From Podarcis vaucheri (taxonomy: Eukaryota), in assembly GCA_965113315.1 (NCBI GenBank), contig OZ220368.1: a stretch of DNA of 64,000 nt, one strand, 5' to 3'. This document shows, in pieces, positions 40,887 to 53,757 of this stretch (positions are counted from its first letter, which is position 1; the number at the start of each line of letters is the position of its first letter). The notes below the pieces were generated by a model. The model saw only the letters and a program-made list of their open reading frames with translations. It was not told the origin of the DNA and searched no databases. Made by a program: the position numbers and the translations under genes.

Positions 40887-41143
40887 GTAACTATTTCATT
40901 TCCTGTTCTATTAATGAAAAGTATGGAACACAAGCAAATAATGTTACAACCAAACCAGTGTTTTTAATTATTTTCCACTCTTTAGGAGAAATTATTTTGG
41001 GAAAAAGCAATGGGTTAAAATTTGGATACATTTTGGACAATTGATTTTGAGTACCTTTTGAATATGTAATTCAGTTTTAATGCATAACTGCTAGCTACTG
41101 ATTTCTTTAGTAGTATTAATTCTGTACTATTTCCATTTTATAG

Positions 41144-41201
41144 ATAGTGGTGGCATGCCTGAAAGATCTTGCATGTTAACTGGAACCCCAGAGTCAGTAC
41201 A
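41144..41201 (+). CDS. FUBP1: FUBP1 exon 7
   Basis: DSGGMPERSCMLTGTPESVQ. Confidence 0.95.
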
Positions 41202-41652
41202 GTAAGTGTTCGCTTAAAACTTTCAAATAGGCTGATGTGTTTTTAATGATGGTTCTGTAGGACTTTCTAATGTCCTAGGTGAAGAATGATCATTGTTTAG
41301 GCATGGCTAAACTTGTATAGTTTGAGGTTTCCCCCCAGGTATATCCAGTACATTTTAACCTACCTTTCTCTTATCTGCATTATTCTGCAGATCTTCATGT
41401 TCTGTGTTTTCGATAGTCTGCATGCCCTGCCTTTTTCTTTTCGCATCCATGCTGCTTATACTCAATGACATGTTTCTTGTCCTCCTTCCTAAATGGAAGT
41501 GCTGTGGGCACTGTAAAGAGTCACAGATTTTCATTTACTGTTAAGCAGATTATTTGCTTTTCTAGTTAGCCATCACCCATTTGACTCTGCTGTTTGTTCC
41601 AGTTATGTTTTCCCCCAGTCTTGCCACTATTATAAATTGTATATTTTTCAAG

Positions 41653-41815
41653 GTCTGCAAAGAGATTACTTGATCAGATAGTTGAAAAAGGAAGGCCTAC
41701 GCCAGGATTCCATCATGGGGATGGTCCAGGAAATGCAGTCCAGGAAATTATGATTCCAGCTAGCAAAGCAGGATTAGTTATTGGAAAAGGTGGAGAGACA
41801 ATAAAGCAACTTCAG
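41653..41815 (+). CDS. FUBP1: FUBP1 exon 8 (KH2 GxxG)
   Basis: [14 protein letters not shown]...[16 protein letters not shown]. Confidence 0.95.
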
Positions 41816-41901
41816 GTAAGCTGAAAAAAATTAATTTGTGGGCTAATGCATTAAAGTACTAAATTTACATGATCTGTACAGATTAATTTTGTTGAATATA
41901 G

Positions 41902-42000
41902 GAGAGAGCTGGTGTAAAAATGGTAATGATTCAAGATGGACCACAGAACACTGGAGCAGACAAACCTCTTAGAATCACAGGAGATCCTTACAAAGTTCAA
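41902..42000 (+). CDS. FUBP1: FUBP1 exon 9
   Basis: [33 protein letters not shown]. Confidence 0.95.
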
Positions 42001-42093
42001 GTAAGATGATATTTTAATTTTAAAAAATAATGTTCCTTTATATGAATTAATTTTAAGATTGTTGCATCTGAATTGTACCTCATTCTCTTTTAG

Positions 42094-42195
42094 CAAGCCA
42101 AGGAAATGGTTTTGGACCTAATTCGTGATCAAGGTGGTTTTAGAGAGGTGCGCAATGAATATGGCTCAAGAATAGGAGGAAATGAAGGATTAGAT
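42094..42195 (+). CDS. FUBP1: FUBP1 exon 10
   Basis: [34 protein letters not shown]. Confidence 0.95.
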
Positions 42196-42590
42196 GTGAG
42201 TATAATGAGAACATTTTATGAAATGTGTCTTTTTCAGAGCACTTCTTTTTCTTCAAATTAGAATAAAGGGCAGGAAAGTATATTTTATTTTATTGTAATT
42301 ATATGTTTGTGTATACTATTAATGTATTGTTGTTTTTTAGTGATTGCTTTTCCCTCTATGTTTTTAGCTGTTTCTGTTTTAGCTGTAAGCCGCCTTGATT
42401 CTTCCAGAAGAAAGGACAGGATATAAATAAAAAGAATAATAACAGATTTTTATTTCATTTTTTGGCCCCTATAAACTTAGTGATGAACTTTTTGGCAATT
42501 ATTGAACTCTTTCTCTAAAACATAGTGGTTATGATACTTATGAGTTGTATTAAGTATTTTGTTAGAAAAATAGCTTGGAAAGGTTTACAG

Positions 42591-42726
42591 CAGGCTTCCT
42601 CAACCTCGGTCCTCCAGATGTTTTGAGACTACAATTCCCATCATCCCTTACCACTGGTCCTGCTAGCTAGGGATCATGGGAGTTGTAGGCCAAAAACATT
42701 TGGAGGGCCGAGGTTGAGGAAGCCTG
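42591..42726. mobile_element. hAT-type MITE (same family as 13991)
   Basis: TIRs CAGGCTTCCTCAACCTCGG...CCGAGGTTGAGGAAGCCTG; perfect TSD GTTTACAG. Confidence 0.92.
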
Positions 42727-42905
42727 GTTTACAGCTATTAATTTTCGTACTGTTCTCTGACCTTTTGTTAACCTAATCCCCTTCATGGCGGCTTTATTGT
42801 GGGTTGCTTGTATGTTTGAGATGTGTCAAAAGTAGTGATGTAAACCTAGATAAATACTTTTGATTGCTTTGAAACATTTGCTGAAAATTTGTTTTGTTTC
42901 TTCAG

Positions 42906-43008
42906 GTACCAATTCCAAGATTTGCGGTTGGTATTGTAATTGGAAGAAATGGAGAAATGATTAAAAAGATACAGAATGATGCTGGTGTGAGGATACAGTT
43001 CAAACCAG
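42906..43008 (+). CDS. FUBP1: FUBP1 exon 11 (KH3 GxxG)
   Basis: [34 protein letters not shown]. Confidence 0.95.
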
Positions 43009-43098
43009 GTGAACTGCTTATATGTACATGACATAAAATTCAGAGGTTTTCTCCTAATTTTTAAAGTAAATTGTTTTAATATTCCATTCCTCTTCCAG

Positions 43099-43199
43099 AT
43101 GATGGAACAACTCCAGACAGAATAGCCCAAATCACAGGACCTCCAGACAGATGCCAACATGCAGCAGAAATTATTACGGATCTTCTTCGAAGTGTTCAG
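43099..43199 (+). CDS. FUBP1: FUBP1 exon 12
   Basis: [34 protein letters not shown]. Confidence 0.95.
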
Positions 43200-44479
43200 G
43201 TTGGTTCATAGCTGCTAGGAATGTTTATGAAATCAAGTGGTTTATAAAATACTGCTGGGTTTCTTTTAAAATGTGTTTGAATACATTTCTCAACTTCAAA
43301 GGAAGTGGGCTAATGGGAGCTTTAGTATTTGTGATAGTTACTTAAATAGCTGTGTTAACAAATTTCTAGCCTTGAAACCAAAAATATCCACTAGCCTACC
43401 TATGATAGCCATTCTGGGTTAAAAGAAAACATCAACTCTGCAAATTGTCAGTCCCTGTTTGTGATTCTTATTCACTACTGCAAGGCTACAGAAATCCTCA
43501 ATTCAGGAAAAAATATTTTGCAAAATAATTTAACGGTATGAAATAAGTTCTCATCAGTTTCTGGGGCGTGCTTTCATATGTATAACTGATGGAATGAGAC
43601 ACTTTAATTCTAGGATTAATGGAACTTTGTCCTAAGCTTTGTGGCATTTGATGGTTTTCAGTGGGATAGATAAATGCTGAGCCTCACCTGAGTGTGGGTT
43701 AGCCAACACTGTGTTTGCCGAGCATGGTGTTGCCGATTAGCAGTGTACATAGGAAGATTGTTGACTGAAAGCTATCATTCTGGGGAAATACAGATGACAT
43801 TGATAGGTAAGGTTGTTTGTCAAAGACATGGTTTTCACTAAGGTGGTTGTGCTCATCCTGCTTGCAGTCTTCCCATAGGCATCTGCTTGATCCTTGGGAG
43901 AGCTGGATGCTTAATAAGATGGGCCATTGGTCTAGTCCATCAGGGTGCCTTTTGTATCCCTAAAGCTATGTCTGCACTGAGTTACTTCAGATTGCAGGTA
44001 GAGGCTCATACAAAAAAAAAAAAATGTCAAAGAAGGGCTAAGTGTGGACCCTATTCCATGCCATTTATTTGGTATGGAGGTAAATGCACTCCTTTGGTTG
44101 CCAGTTGTGAAATATCAGCTCTCCTACCCCACTATATAGAGCAATACTCATGTCATGTCAGTTTGAAGCAGTATACCCTGGGCAGACCCAGGTGCACATA
44201 AAATGTATGCCATATTTTAGCTAAACCCCTATCCCTTCCTTACCCATCCTCATGGTTCCTTGGCCCAAATGCTTTTAATTCAGCTGACTTTGATGTATCG
44301 GAAGGATCAGAAAAAGGTAACATAGATTCTCCAACATCTGCAAAAATACTGTTCCTCTTTTTTAGACACTATGCATCGTATTTTTGTAATTTTGACAGAG
44401 TGAAAAATGCTAGTCTTTTTAGGTTGCAGTAATTTCAAATTATTTCTGATTTTGTTTTGTTTTATTCGTCTCAATCTAG

Positions 44480-44621
44480 GCTGGCAATCCTGGTGGTCCA
44501 GGACCTGGTGGTCGTGGACGAGGTAGAGGTCAGGGCAATTGGAACATGGGACCACCTGGTGGATTGCAAGAATTTAATTTCATTGTCCCGACTGGAAAAA
44601 CTGGATTAATTATTGGGAAAG
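44480..44621 (+). CDS. FUBP1: FUBP1 exon 13
   Basis: [47 protein letters not shown]. Confidence 0.95.
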
Positions 44622-45044
44622 GTAATAAACCCGATTTATTTGGCAGATCGCTTTTCTATCTTCTGTTACATTTAAACTGAGATTTTCTAAATGGGGTAGC
44701 TGTATTCAGTGTTGAGTGATGTGTGACAACATCTTACTGTCATTAATTAGGCACTGGGACTGAGGTGGTGGAAGTGTCACTTTTCCTTGAGGAGCTAGAG
44801 AATGTGTGACTTGTTACTCCTCCTCCTCCTCCTCCTGAATAGGGCCAGTAAAACAATGGAACAAAAAAAGGATCCCACCACAAATTCAAATACAGCCTGA
44901 AGTGAATCTGTTCAAGATGTCTTGCTCTGTTTTAGACTGATAATATTTCTTCAGGGGAGCATAGACTTGTTTAAAATTTCCCTACTCTGTTTCTTTAGGA
45001 ACTAGCAACAAATTCAGTGCAATAATTTGTACTTAAAATTTCAG

Positions 45045-45205
45045 GTGGTGAAACTATCAAGAGCATTAGCCAGCAATCTGGTGCTAGAATAGAACTGCAA
45101 AGAAACCCCCCACCAAATGCAGATCCAAATATGAAATTGTTTACCATCCGGGGGACACCACAGCAGATTGACTATGCTCGGCAGCTCATAGAAGAAAAGA
45201 TTGGA
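45045..45205 (+). CDS. FUBP1: FUBP1 exon 14 (KH4)
   Basis: [54 protein letters not shown]. Confidence 0.95.
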
Positions 45206-45724
45206 GTAAGTATTCTGGAAAACCATATTTCTTTCATTGTTATGTAAAGTAAGAGAAAACCAGCTCCTATGATAGTTGTGCGGAAGTTGCCTCATGATTC
45301 TAGTAGTAATTGGCAGCTTTGGTGGGAAATACACAAAATATACCTTGCATTCTTGATGCATTTTCTCACATGTCATAGAACTATTTGAGTAGCGAATATG
45401 TCAAGCTATTTGCCCTAGTACAATTGCTTTTTACCCTGTGAACTGTTAGCAGTCAAGGAGCTAGTACTTCTAAGTTTGAATGTCTTCTTAGTCCACTGAT
45501 TACTGCAAGAAGCTACATGAAAACCAAATAATGTGAGTTCTGTAAAAGTTAGTGTGACGGCAGAGTCTTTTTAGAGCAAAGGATTTCCGGAGGGATGGAG
45601 AGCTGGAATTTCTTCCCCAAAGGAAATATTTAGAGAAGAGGAGCATTAGTTGCATATTGGAACAAGCTTGTTCTTACAGTTGGTTGATAGCAACTTAATC
45701 CATGTCATTTATCTTTGCTTTCAG

Positions 45725-45876
45725 GGTCCAGTAAATCCTTTGGGACCACCTGTGCCACATGGACCTCATGGTGTTGTCCCTGGGCCACATGGGCCCCCTG
45801 GGCCACCTCCTGGGGCTCCAATGGGACCTTACAATCCAGCTCCCTATACACCTGGCCCTCCTGGTCCTGCACCTCA
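45725..45876 (+). CDS. FUBP1: FUBP1 exon 15 (Pro/Gly-rich)
   Basis: GPVNPLGPPVPHGPHGVVPGPHGPPGPPPGAPMGPYNPAPYTPGPPGPAP. Confidence 0.95.
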
Positions 45877-46419
45877 GTAAGTAACTTACTCTTATAAATA
45901 AATTGGCAAAGGTATCAAATAGAAATCACAAACCCTTTTGCTACTGGGACGGGTTTTGTTTTGTTTGACAGCTACTTAACCACAAAACTGAGCAGACCCC
46001 TTCTCCTCCTTCACTCTCTCCCCACTCCCAAACACAGGGCTACATCAGTAGAATTCAGGCCAGAACTTGTTTTTGCTGCCTAATAACACATTTTCTAAGT
46101 GCTAGTAAATTAACATTTTTATTCACCAAGTAACCAAAAACATTATTGCATAACCCTTTGGTTTCAACCCATTTCCAGGATTGATTTTAATGCATTTGTT
46201 ACAGTAGTTGCAGCTGCAAATAGCTAATTAGAGCTTTCCCCAGAAATAGGGTGTTCCAGCACTGGGTGTGGAAAGTGCTGTAAATTCGGGGTTCTGCCCC
46301 CCCCCCAGCACCAGTGGCAATCATGTGACTTGTTTAGAAGTCTGAAGTAGCTGCAGCTGCTGTGTTTTGTTGCTGTCCATTCCTATTTAATAATGATTGC
46401 ACATACACTTCCTCCTTAG

Positions 46420-46499
46420 TGGCCCTCCAGCACCATATGCTCCGCAAGGATGGGGTAATGCTTATCCGCACTGGCAGCCACCGAATCCTCCAGATCCTG
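46420..46499 (+). CDS. FUBP1: FUBP1 exon 16
   Basis: [27 protein letters not shown]. Confidence 0.94.
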
Positions 46500-46780
46500 G
46501 TAAGGGGAAACAGTCTTAAAAACTACATGTATTCTTGTGTCCAGCCAAGATGGTGTTCGATTGCATTGAGTTCCATGTTTAAAACGAGAGATAAAATGGT
46601 ACATTATTTTTTAAAATTCCTAAATAAGTTGACTCTGAAACAAATCCTACTGATTTATTGACATTCACTACCAAGGAAGTTTGCATAGGATTGCAATTTG
46701 AGTCACGTGACTACAAACTAAATACTGTTGAAAGTTTAAGAAATTGACCTGGGCTACTTTGACTTAAAGCAAAATCCTGT

Positions 46781-46813
46781 GCATGCCATAGTGTTACGCA
46801 TGCCATAGTGTTA
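46781..46813. repeat. 16-bp direct duplication
   Basis: GCATGCCATAGTGTTA twice, separated by C. Confidence 0.9.
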
Positions 46814-46966
46814 AAGATAAGTGTATTTAGGATTGCAGCCTTCAACCAAAATATGGTTTGTATACGGCCAATTAGACAGGAACTGTGTGACTAAACTATA
46901 GCCTATGGAAAATAAAGGAAGCCTACCAAAGATATGTTGAAATTAAAGTAATGTTTAATTTTCTAG

Positions 46967-47092
46967 GTAAGCCAACAGACCCTAATTCAGCAGCATGGGC
47001 AGCTTATTATGCTCACTACTATCAGCAGCAAGCACAGCCACCACCTGCAGCTCCGCCTAGTGCACCACCAGCCACTCAGACCAATGGACAAG
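46967..47092 (+). CDS. FUBP1: FUBP1 exon 17 (tyrosine motif 1)
   Basis: GKPTDPNSAAWAAYYAHYYQQQAQPPPAAPPSAPPATQTNGQ. Confidence 0.94.
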
Positions 47093-47599
47093 GTACCCAA
47101 TCAGTTTTGTAAGATCATTGTATTTGGAGGCTTGGATCCTAAGAACTTTAAGGAAGTTCACTGAAGTAAAGTTTAACTCTTCGAAAAAGCTCTTCAGGGA
47201 CCTCTCCTGAATAATGTGGGGAAAGGTCTGCTCAATTTGGAGTGATTCTCCCATCCCACATTGTCCATTAAAGAATCTCCAGTCCGCAGAAGAGGCTTTT
47301 CAGGGAGGCACAAGTTGGTGGGAGGGAGGGGTGGCAAAATTTCATTTCATGAACTTCCTTGAGTTCATTCAAACTTTGAATCCAGGGCATTGTTTTGACC
47401 AGATAGTCACATATAATCTGAGAGAAAGAGTCTTGCCTCACAAATTTCACCTGAAATTCTGAGAATTTGATGCTATAACAAAAAAGATTTGTTGCAAAAA
47501 TGAATGCTGGTTATTTCTAAGACTAGAATTGAAAATTGTGTTGAGCACTATGTGGCATGCTGGTGCATTGAGACTAGAGATTACCAGCTTCTGCAAGGG

Positions 47600-48720
47600 G
47601 AATCAGCATAACCTAGGAAGTGCCTGCTGGATCACGGCCATCTCTACCTCAAGTTTTTCCTGTCCTGAATCTTCCAAGATTCAGTTTCCTTGGATGTCAC
47701 CAAAGTTCTAGTATTTTGTGAGAGGAAGAAAAGCTTTTCGCTGTTTACATTCTCCGCATCATGCATAATTGTATGCACCTTTCTGTACCTTCTTACTTCT
47801 CTAAACTTAAAAGCCCCAAATGTTGCAATCTTGTCTCATTGGGAAGTTGCATAATCTTCTTGATCATTTTGATTGCCCTTTTCTATATGTATTCCAGCTC
47901 TAACCATGTCATTTTTGAAGTCAAGCAACTAGAACTGTACACCATATTCCAAGTGTAATTTTACAATAGATTGTATAAAATCTTAGAATTGTAGGGTTGG
48001 AAAGGGACCACAAGCATCAACTAGTCCAGCTCCCTGCGATGCAGGTATTTTTGCCCAACAAACCCATGACACTGAGATTAAGAGCCCTCATGCTCTACCA
48101 ACTGAGCTACCCCAGTACTTTTATTTTCAGTTCTTTCCTAAGTATGGAATGGAATGGAAAGGAAAGGAGAGGAAGTATTCACTGGTACACAGAAAGATAC
48201 ATGTCACCCCATCCAAAGTTTCACTTTTTATGGCTTAATCTTACTTCAGCAAAAGTGCCTAGGGCATTGTCAAGGTCTTGGCTACCACTGGATTGCTGCT
48301 ATATCCGTCACTTTTCTTTCTACCCTTCTCCATCCAGTTTCCTTTGGGCTTGATCTTTTACCCTTTTCCCCCTCATTCTTTTCACTATGATAGTGTGGCG
48401 AACATTATGTCAGAGGCTGACATGCTGTCACCTATTCACCATTGCAGTTCAGGATGCTAGTCCTGATTTAGCAGTAAACTCTAGTTTGTCATATTATTCA
48501 GACAGCTGCTTTAAGCTTGACAAATGCAAATCATGTGTTGGCAAGAACTGGATTGAAATTCCTGGATCTCTGTGGATAAGCAGCAAGAAGAATAACGTGA
48601 GCCTGAAACTGTTCATGGCTTATTCCTTTAGTGCCAGAGCATTGATGTGGCATTGTGTGAATCACACACCTGTTTCTTCCACATTTCCTTCTATATAGAG
48701 ATAGGATAAGGCTAGTGTCA
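47600..48720 (-). mobile_element. Old CR1-like LINE fragment interrupted by a SINE
   Basis: Reverse CR1-type motifs (GATTGCCCTTTTCT..TTCCAGCTC, AGAACTGTACACCATATTCCAAGTG, GTCATATTATTCAGACA); no intact ORF. Confidence 0.5.
47985..48113 (-). mobile_element. tRNA-Lys-derived SINE with CR1 tail
   Basis: Minus strand GGGTAGCTCAGTTGGTAGAGCATGAGGGCTCTTAATCTCAGTGTCATGGGTT resembles tRNA-Lys(CTT), followed by CR1-like GGTCCCTTTCCAACCCTACAATTCT. Confidence 0.75.
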
Positions 48721-49607
48721 CACACAGCCATACATACTCAGCTCCTGCTTGGAAGTGCCAAATAAAAAAGAAACCAGTGCTCCAGATACCATATACTAAT
48801 CTGTGCATTTGGGTAGAAATTTGGCCTGAACAACTTGGTGCATGACAACTGTAGGATGCCCAAATTTTGTCAAGATTTCATCACTGGTGTGCTTGTTGAT
48901 ACCATTAATAGGTCAAAATACTAACCTTTTAATATACATAATAGATTCTACTGTAGTGCTTTTATTTGGTACTACAGCCAACTATCAAACAACTCTTGCA
49001 AAAAAAACTGCAATGCATACACATTTTGAGACACGTGGCCATCATGGTATATAGACCAGACTTTGTCAAATTGGAATCTGAGGGAGCCTTGATAGAGCAA
49101 AGATGGGCAGGGTACAAATAATAAATTATTATTTGAGACAACTCTTAACCAGGCTCCATACAAATCAGTGGAAGGAATTTTTTGTTATTGACCTTTTGAA
49201 GAAAGGACATTGATTGATGTGGGGTGCCCACCAACAGTCATCATCCTATGCCTTGAGTCTTTGACTTTAAAAAAAAATCCAGTTTCAGAATCATTGCTTT
49301 AACTACTTGGAAAATGTGTATGTTGTATTTTGCATCAGCTGTATGCTTCTACATTTCAGTGTTGGCATCTCAATATGGCAAAGCTTTTCCTCTGCAGTTC
49401 CTAAATAAGTGACTGGCACTCACCCATAATGTAATTTTTCTCATTGTGCTGTGAGATACCTTCCAGTTGACCTTGTGGGTTTTTTGGTCTCTGTCAGCTG
49501 TTGACTTCGAATAATGTGTGTAAATTTAAATGCAGAACTATCTCTGCCAGTATTTCTATGCATGTTGGCAAAAAAAATCTTTTTCTTTCAACTTTCTTTT
49601 CATGTAG

Positions 49608-49682
49608 GAGATCAGCCAAACCCAGCACCAGCAGGGCAGGTAGATTACACCAAGGCATGGGAAGAGTACTATAAAAAAATGG
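49608..49682 (+). CDS. FUBP1: FUBP1 exon 18 (tyrosine motif)
   Basis: [25 protein letters not shown]. Confidence 0.95.
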
Positions 49683-51404
49683 GTATGTTTTACATTTTTA
49701 TTGGTGTAAAAAGGAGGCTTTTACTATTTACTTCTCTAAAAAGCTTTTCTGTTTCATATGCTTTTTTTAAGTAGCAAGACAATTTACTCAGTTGCTCCTG
49801 AAATTAAGAATTGGGAGTCTTATGAATACCTCTTCATTATGTATCAAGAAAAGTGGGTTCTCAGGGAATTGCAAGGATAGCTATTTTGCATGAAGTGTAG
49901 AGTAACTTAGATTTTGTAACCTAAAACATCTCACAGTCTTTTTCCCTACCTTGTGGAGTTATCAGTGCTTGATAACAACAACCATTATACTTAATGACCA
50001 TCATCATATCAGATGATGTACGCTGCCAGTAACGAGCATATCTCTAGCTAGCTAAATGGAAAAGTGCCACACTTAATAGACACCATCTCACAGTTCTATC
50101 ATGAGCCAGCATTTCCATTCATGCCAGATGTGTGTCATGACAAGACCCATGTAGTTCTTTCTCCTCTAATGTAAGGACACACCAGAATTCAGTGTCACTG
50201 TGCCTGCAAAGAGCAGAGAGGAAAGGTGAAGCTGTACCATGTGAGTTAGGTTGAGGCAGGAACAACAAAAATGTGATTGAGAGAGACTTGAGCGCTTTTG
50301 GAATTTCAAGGGACATTAAGCATTCTTATAGAATTATCACATCCTGGTTGTTGTTTTTAATGAGCATAATTCAGAAATTTACAAAAAAAAAATCCCATAT
50401 ATTTCAGACATAAGGTTAGCCAGGTATTTTCAATTAAGGAAATATATGCAGGTCTGACAGGATGCTAAATCTCTTAATGTAGACCAGCCTCATTCTGGTA
50501 TTTGTGCTTGGGTGTGCCCATAAATTAAAATTATGTTAATCATTACTTCTGGATTCATTTGATTGTGTGTGTGGCAGAGTGGGGGAAGAGAATAGTGATT
50601 GTCACGACTATTCTGCCCTTCTCTTGCTATTGCCATGTTTTTCATTAAAGGCATGACTGAATCTGAGTTGTGGAGCAGAGATTTTAAAATAGAGTATATG
50701 CAGGACTAGTTTTTTCAGTCGGATTTCAAGGAATGCCAAATTAGCTCTTGAGGGCATAATAGCCTTGTTATCAGATAAAGGTAGGCATTTTCTTGAGTTT
50801 AGAGTTCTTCCAAATGTTTTTAATCAACCTGGCATATATGATCTACAGACTAGTTCAAATACAGCAATTCCATATGATGATTCTCTTAGGAAACTGCTAA
50901 GACCTAGTACTGCTTTCTCAATATTTACAACTTTACCAGTAGTTCTAGTATGAATTAATTCCCTTGTTTGTAGTTTTCTACTGCTTACTCTGCTACAAAT
51001 TTATTCAAACCTTGTTAGAGCAAAATAGAGGTTTGGATCCAGAGACCCAACTGTTTGAGTAGAAAGTGCTTCCCTCAGGTGGAGGGGCATATTGAAAGAA
51101 GTAATGCACCCCTATAACCTGGTTTCAGGTAGTTAGACTCTCTAGAATGGCTCTTGAGAACAGAGGGTGGTTGAGTCAGTAATATACTCCTGTGGACAAG
51201 CAAAAATGCCTTACATGATGCAGTGGAATCTTTGGATCCATTCAAAGATTCTAGTAGTCATATCCAAGGCTATTATTTTATGACTGTGACATATTTGTAA
51301 AGGTAACTTATTAGCATCACTGCAGGAAATATCTATGCCCTCCACTCCAGAATGTTGCATAGCTTCAGATTCAAAGACTTAAGTCCCAGTGTATAGTATG
51401 CGTC

Positions 51405-51480
51405 CAATAATGTCAGCACCTTGCTGAAGCTAAGCAGTTACGGTGTTTAGATGGGCAACTATCTGGGAACCATGTATGTC
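51405..51480 (+). mobile_element. 5S rRNA-derived SINE / pseudogene fragment
   Basis: GAAGCTAAGCAG and GATGGGCAACTATCTGGGAA resemble the 5S internal control region; heavily diverged. Confidence 0.45.
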
Positions 51481-53087
51481 ACCTTAAGTTAAATGTCAGA
51501 AAATAAAAAATAATACATTTGCTACTGTGCACTAAGAGCAGTATCCAACCAAGTTGTTCTGTTAGTATAACAATTTCCATTGGGCAAAAGTTTTACTACA
51601 ACTTGGCACTAATTTTTTGCATGTATTTCTTGTTCATGTGTCCCCTCAACTCCCTTTGACTATACAGTGATGTATTTAAAAATTATGTAGAATTAATCCT
51701 TTCATGGATTAATTTCAAGTTAATATCTTGTTTATAGTAAGATATTAAAGCATGCATCAATAAATTGAAACAAGATGCTATACTTTAAATATCACATTAA
51801 TGTTAAACATTACTTCAATATTTCTATTCTGCCATTTTCCTAAGGTGTTCAGTACTTAAAAGATTCCCGAACATTATCCTATCCTATTTCAGAAATAGAA
51901 TTAACAGTAGACACTTGGAGGCCACTTTTGGTCTGATAAATTACAACTTGCGGAAAAGACACATCAATATAGCAGTACTTTGCCTTCAGCCATTTTTATC
52001 AGTATGAATGTCCTTATAGTTGGAATTGTCTGATTCCAAAATAAGATATGAGCCAGTTACAGAACTTTTAATTTCATATGTATGTTGTTATTACCTGAAA
52101 TTGGGGGCTCATGATATTATATATGAAGCTCAGTAGATGACTTCTATCTCATAGGTTAAGCAACTTCACAGGATTCTTTGTGATGCTAAAAGTTTAACTC
52201 CATATATCTGATAGTTCTTTGGAGGAATGACAGGATGTGCTTCTAAATCCCTTGAGTTCCTTCTCCCACCATTACATGCCAACTCACTTAGAAGGCATGG
52301 GGGAAACATAAAGGGCAGGCTTGATTTCTTTTAGTTTTTATTGTGACCCTTTTCTGTTTCAAAATTGCTGACACTTGCAACTTTAAGACTAACGATCTCG
52401 CTTCATTCAGTATAAATATATAATATGCTTCGGAAATCTAATTTTTATTATTTAATTAAAACATACACAATTAATCAGTAGCTAATTTAAAGGAACCCAT
52501 GTGGTCACTAGGAATTGACCAGCCTGAGTCCTCTATGTACTGCATAGGCAGCAGTTGAAAAATCTGGTGTCGTTAAATGTGTGTTAAACATGATTTGAAA
52601 GGAAATGCGTTCTCAGTTTGATACACTTCAGGGCTGGTTCACCTTGTAGGAACACGGCAGTGACTCCTGTGTGCCCACTTTGTAGAATATTGTGTATACA
52701 TGCTGTACATTCCCCCCCCCCCAGCAATACAGTTCTCACAGAGGGGGCAATAACATGGATCGGGTGGGATAGTTTATGTATGTAACAATATGCTTAATAT
52801 GGAGTGGGGCATCTCAGCTATAGGTTTCCCCACACACACTTCTGCCGTCAACTTTTGAGGGGTGGGGCTATGAGCCATTCTACAAATGCTGAGCTCAAAT
52901 GTAGGCATACAGTGCTTAAATCTTTATTTTAAACTGGAATAATGTGTAGAAGAAAATATTATACAAATTAGAGATTTAATATTATCTCTTCAAATAAAAC
53001 AGCAAAGAACTCTTCCACTGTATTCTTGTCTGTAATTTTGGTGTACCTGGGAGCTGTGTTTACATTAAAATGTGGGGGGTTTTGCAG

Positions 53088-53147
53088 GTCAACAAGGGCA
53101 GCCACAAGATTATTCAAAGGCTTGGGAGGAATATTACAAGAAGCAAG
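53088..53147 (+). CDS. FUBP1: FUBP1 60-nt cassette exon (extra tyrosine motif)
   Basis: TTTGCAG|GT CAA CAA GGG...AAG CAA G|GTAATG; [20 protein letters not shown]; symmetric phase 1, frame-preserving. Confidence 0.85.
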
Positions 53148-53232
53148 GTAATGTTTGTTAGAAACGAGATTATTTTGAGCTTCTTTTGTCCCTTTTATGG
53201 CACCAGAGTTGTGTAATGTGTGTTTGTTCTAG

Positions 53233-53378
53233 GTCAGGCAGTTCCAGCTCCAGCCGGAGCCCCACCAGCGGGTCAGCCAGATTATAGTGCAGCGTGGGCT
53301 GAATACTATAGACAGCAGGCAGCTTATTATGCTCAGACAAGTCCACAAGGAATGCCACAACATCCTCCAGCACCACAG
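53233..53378 (+). CDS. FUBP1: FUBP1 exon 19 (tyrosine motif)
   Basis: [49 protein letters not shown]. Confidence 0.95.
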
Positions 53379-53757
53379 GTATAACAATCTTGACTTATTT
53401 GGCTGATATTTTAGTGATTTATTATTATTTTTTACCTTTATCTCGTGGGGTGTTTTTTGTTTTTTTGCATGTCTCCCACTTTGATATCTTACCTGGAGTA
53501 TGCATTATTTATCCTGGTAAAAGATAACCCTAAATTGATTGATGCTCTGTTAACTGGAGTTCTGTGTCTTTCTTTGCATACATTCGATGTTTTTGATCAA
53601 AAAATTTCTCCTCCCAGGGTTTTTGAAGCCATGCAGGAAGCCACCACCATTACATTAACCAATTTTTCTTTCTTAAAGGCTTCACTCCTGAGTTAGCACA
53701 ATTTAAAAAAGATTTTCTTTAACTTTTTGTGTATCTCTTATGTATTTCTTCGCACAG

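Noticed and set aside
48060-48113. tRNA-Lys gene
   Set aside because: T-arm and acceptor stem are broken and it is fused to a CR1-type tail, so it is a SINE rather than a tRNA gene
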